Below are positions 23,886-25,371 of a DNA stretch of 25,371 nt, piece by piece; within the stretch, counting starts at the first letter, position 1, and each line of letters opens with the position of its first letter. The translations under genes and the position numbers were made by a program. The stretch lies in IMG/VR virus record IMGVR_UViG_3300025769_000766, positions 1 through 25,371 of that record. One strand, given 5' to 3'. Under the pieces are notes generated by a model that was not told the DNA's origin, ran no database searches, and was given only the letters and a program-made list of their open reading frames with translations. Source of the DNA: a virus (lineage: Duplodnaviria > Caudoviricetes).

Positions 23886-23994
23886 TCGAGGTTAAATGTT
23901 TGTTTACAATTATCCACCCCACAACGAGTACAAACAAAAGCGGTAATCGAACATTTATAGGCATTCAGGATAAAATACCAGACCCCCTCGACTA
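23883..23994. ncRNA. Candidate multi-stem structured RNA between convergent genes
   Basis: Closing stem TAGTCGAGG/CCTCGACTA (9 bp) encloses TAAATGTT.../...AACATTTA and a second hairpin at 23960-23979. Confidence 0.45.
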
Positions 23995-24005
23995 GGCCAA
24001 TTTTA

Positions 24006-24548
24006 TTAATTCAATTTCTTAATTTTTCTCCCTTGAGAAATAATATTATCCTCCCCAAACTTTTCACTTAACATTTTAGTTAAGTTAGCAACCATTTTTA
24101 CTTCGCCATGCTTTAGTTCTTTGGGCGCTGTATATTCCTCATGTTCTTCTATTGGTATAAATTTAGTGTTATATGCCAAATAGTTATCATAAAGATCTTT
24201 TGGTTTTTTAGTTAAGGTTTTCATACTTGATACATACCATTTATTGTTTTTGAATAAATAAATATACTCAATCATGATGTCTCCTCTCATATCGTACATG
24301 TAATTAAACTCATTACTGTATTCTTTACAACCCTCCTCATCTCCTCCATAAAATTCACAACCTTCTAGGGTTTCATCTAAATACGAGGCACTCCCCTTAT
24401 TTACAAGTTCGTTTGCTTTTTCAAAAGTGTTATAATATTTCAAGAGACAGTTTCCCACTCCGTCAGGATACCCGTCTCCATGAACATAAATCACTTTTAT
24501 TTTATTATCCACCGGATCCATTACTGCTACATTACTTCTTGTTGACAT
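24006..24548 (-). CDS. Conserved phage protein (MSTRS...YVH.DGYP family)
   Basis: MSTRSNVAV...IYVHGDGYPDGVG..LL.YY...G..SYL...EYIYLF....WY. Strong SD GGGAGG. Confidence 0.8.
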   Translation of the reverse strand: MSTRSNVAVMDPVDNKIKVIYVHGDGYPDGVGNCLLKYYNTFEKANELVNKGSASYLDETLEGCEFYGGDEEGCKEYSNEFNYMYDMRGDIMIEYIYLFKNNKWYVSSMKTLTKKPKDLYDNYLAYNTKFIPIEEHEEYTAPKELKHGEVKMVANLTKMLSEKFGEDNIISQGRKIKKLN

Positions 24549-24557
24549 ATTTCCTCC

Positions 24558-24746
24558 CTATTTTTTTACTTCGTTTTTTAAAATTAAAGGGGTTTCACAA
24601 ATATAAAAATGTGTATCCCCCTTATCCTCAATCACTCTAAAAGCTTTTCGTTTTTCCTCCGCCACTTCTTTAGTTTTATATTGTCCAACAATTCTAAAAC
24701 TACTCTCCATATTTTCAAACTCTTGCTCTCTTATTATTAAAAACAT
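24558..24746 (-). CDS. Hypothetical protein (62 aa)
   Basis: MFLIIREQEF... with SD AAGGAG. The longer 24911 start in the track would overlap the neighbouring gene. Confidence 0.7.
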   Translation of the reverse strand: MFLIIREQEFENMESSFRIVGQYKTKEVAEEKRKAFRVIEDKGDTHFYICETPLILKNEVKK

Positions 24747-24747
24747 A

Positions 24748-24936
24748 TTATTTTCTCCTTCTCTGTAAGTTAAATATGTATTGGACGTAATTAGGGTCGT
24801 CCGTTCCCCTATTTGCATACATGACGGGACAATCTTCCAACCATGTTTCAAATTTTTTCCGTGTTTCGTTTTCATATCTCTTTGCGTGATTTTCCGATAT
24901 GACCTCAGCAATTCTATGTCTTGTTTGATCGTTCAT
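24748..24936 (-). CDS. Hypothetical protein
   Basis: 62 aa, SD GGAGGG, ATGA overlap with the upstream ORF. Confidence 0.7.
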   Translation of the reverse strand: MNDQTRHRIAEVISENHAKRYENETRKKFETWLEDCPVMYANRGTDDPNYVQYIFNLQRRRK

Positions 24937-25100
24937 TCTAATTTCCCTCCTTCTTTGTGAACATACTCCTCGATATCTAAAAAAATCCAGTTCATAGTTT
25001 CATCATTTAAATCTTCACTTGTTAAAACAACCTCTTCATCATTTGGGTTCTTTAATATTATTCTCGTTCGATCCCACTGCCATGTTTTTTCTTTGCTCAT
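24933..25100 (-). CDS. Hypothetical protein (55 aa; not in the ORF track)
   Basis: Hand translation MSKEKTWQWDRTRIILKNPNDEEVVLTSEDLNDETMNWIFLDIEEYVHKEGGKLE. SD GGAGGA, coupled at both ends. Confidence 0.7.
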   Translation of the reverse strand: MSKEKTWQWDRTRIILKNPNDEEVVLTSEDLNDETMNWIFLDIEEYVHKEGGKLE

Positions 25101-25297
25101 TATTCCTCCAAATGTTCTAATAAATTAATTGCTTTGGCTACCCTTTTTGCTTCTTTATGATTAACACACATACAAAAAGTTCTAGTGTTTGTGTCCCCGA
25201 AATTACACATTACACAATTTCCTTGCGCCCAGTAATAACCGTCTTTATTAATTTGTTTAATGTTGCTATCAGTTAGCGGTTCAAATATTGTGGCCAT
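25100..25297 (-). CDS. Hypothetical protein
   Basis: 65 aa, SD GGAGGAGG, TAATG-coupled. Confidence 0.7.
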   Translation of the reverse strand: MATIFEPLTDSNIKQINKDGYYWAQGNCVMCNFGDTNTRTFCMCVNHKEAKRVAKAINLLEHLEE

Positions 25298-25371
25298 TAT
25301 TCCTCCTCCCCGTCTTCATCTGTTTGTTTTATTTCGTCTCCACCATATTCAGTTTGGCTATCATCACCAAA
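25297..25371 (-). CDS. 3' end of an acidic hypothetical protein (truncated by the window edge)
   Basis: ...FGDDSQTEYGGDEIKQTDEDGEEE* ends in TAATG overlapping the next start. Confidence 0.6.
   Translation of the reverse strand, partial: FGDDSQTEYGGDEIKQTDEDGEEE

Noticed and set aside
23941-23996. Hammerhead ribozyme
   Set aside because: The minus strand has CUGAAUG rather than CUGANGA, and there is no correctly placed GAAA.
23910-24513. TTATCCACC/TTATCCTCC as DnaA boxes or extra repeat copies (23910, 24046, 24505)
   Set aside because: They are imperfect boxes, and two lie in a minus-strand CDS where they encode E/V-D-N; coding coincidence is sufficient.
22961-24640. ORFs 22961-23200 (-) and 24413-24640 (+)
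   Set aside because: Antisense to terS and to the early genes, with no supporting signals.
24747-24911. 117-aa version of the ORF ending at 24558
   Set aside because: It overlaps the 24748-24936 gene, and a good SD plus ATG exists at 24746.

Overview
A 25.4 kb AT-rich piece of a tailed-phage genome (roughly 30-33% GC by eye). It is most consistent with a marine podovirus of the SAR11/Pelagibacter-phage kind; this is inferred from gene content and composition, not from a database search. From left to right it holds two glycosyltransferases and a translationally coupled operon of internal-virion/ejection-type proteins (1487-8223). Next come a small membrane protein, a 574-aa mosaic protein with a small partner ORF, and a PD-(D/E)XK nuclease. 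A divergent replication module follows: an SNF2 helicase on the minus strand, and on the plus strand an SSB-like protein, AEP primase, UvrD-like helicase, DUF3310 and a family A DNA polymerase with Leu at the 762-equivalent position. After that are small hypothetical genes, a ParB-like protein, an RHH-like regulator and a stand-alone terminase small subunit. The window ends in a convergent array of short early-type genes. The least explained part is the non-coding DNA from 21.66 to 24.0 kb. It contains a promoter-led structured RNA candidate whose unpaired segments are complementary to start-codon regions of the phage's own genes, a large-loop minus-strand hairpin, C4-tract repeats able to form a G-quadruplex, phased GTGTCCCT repeats around an AT-rich core, and a possible three-way-junction RNA with a kissing loop. 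No tRNA, rRNA, CRISPR array or integrase is evident.
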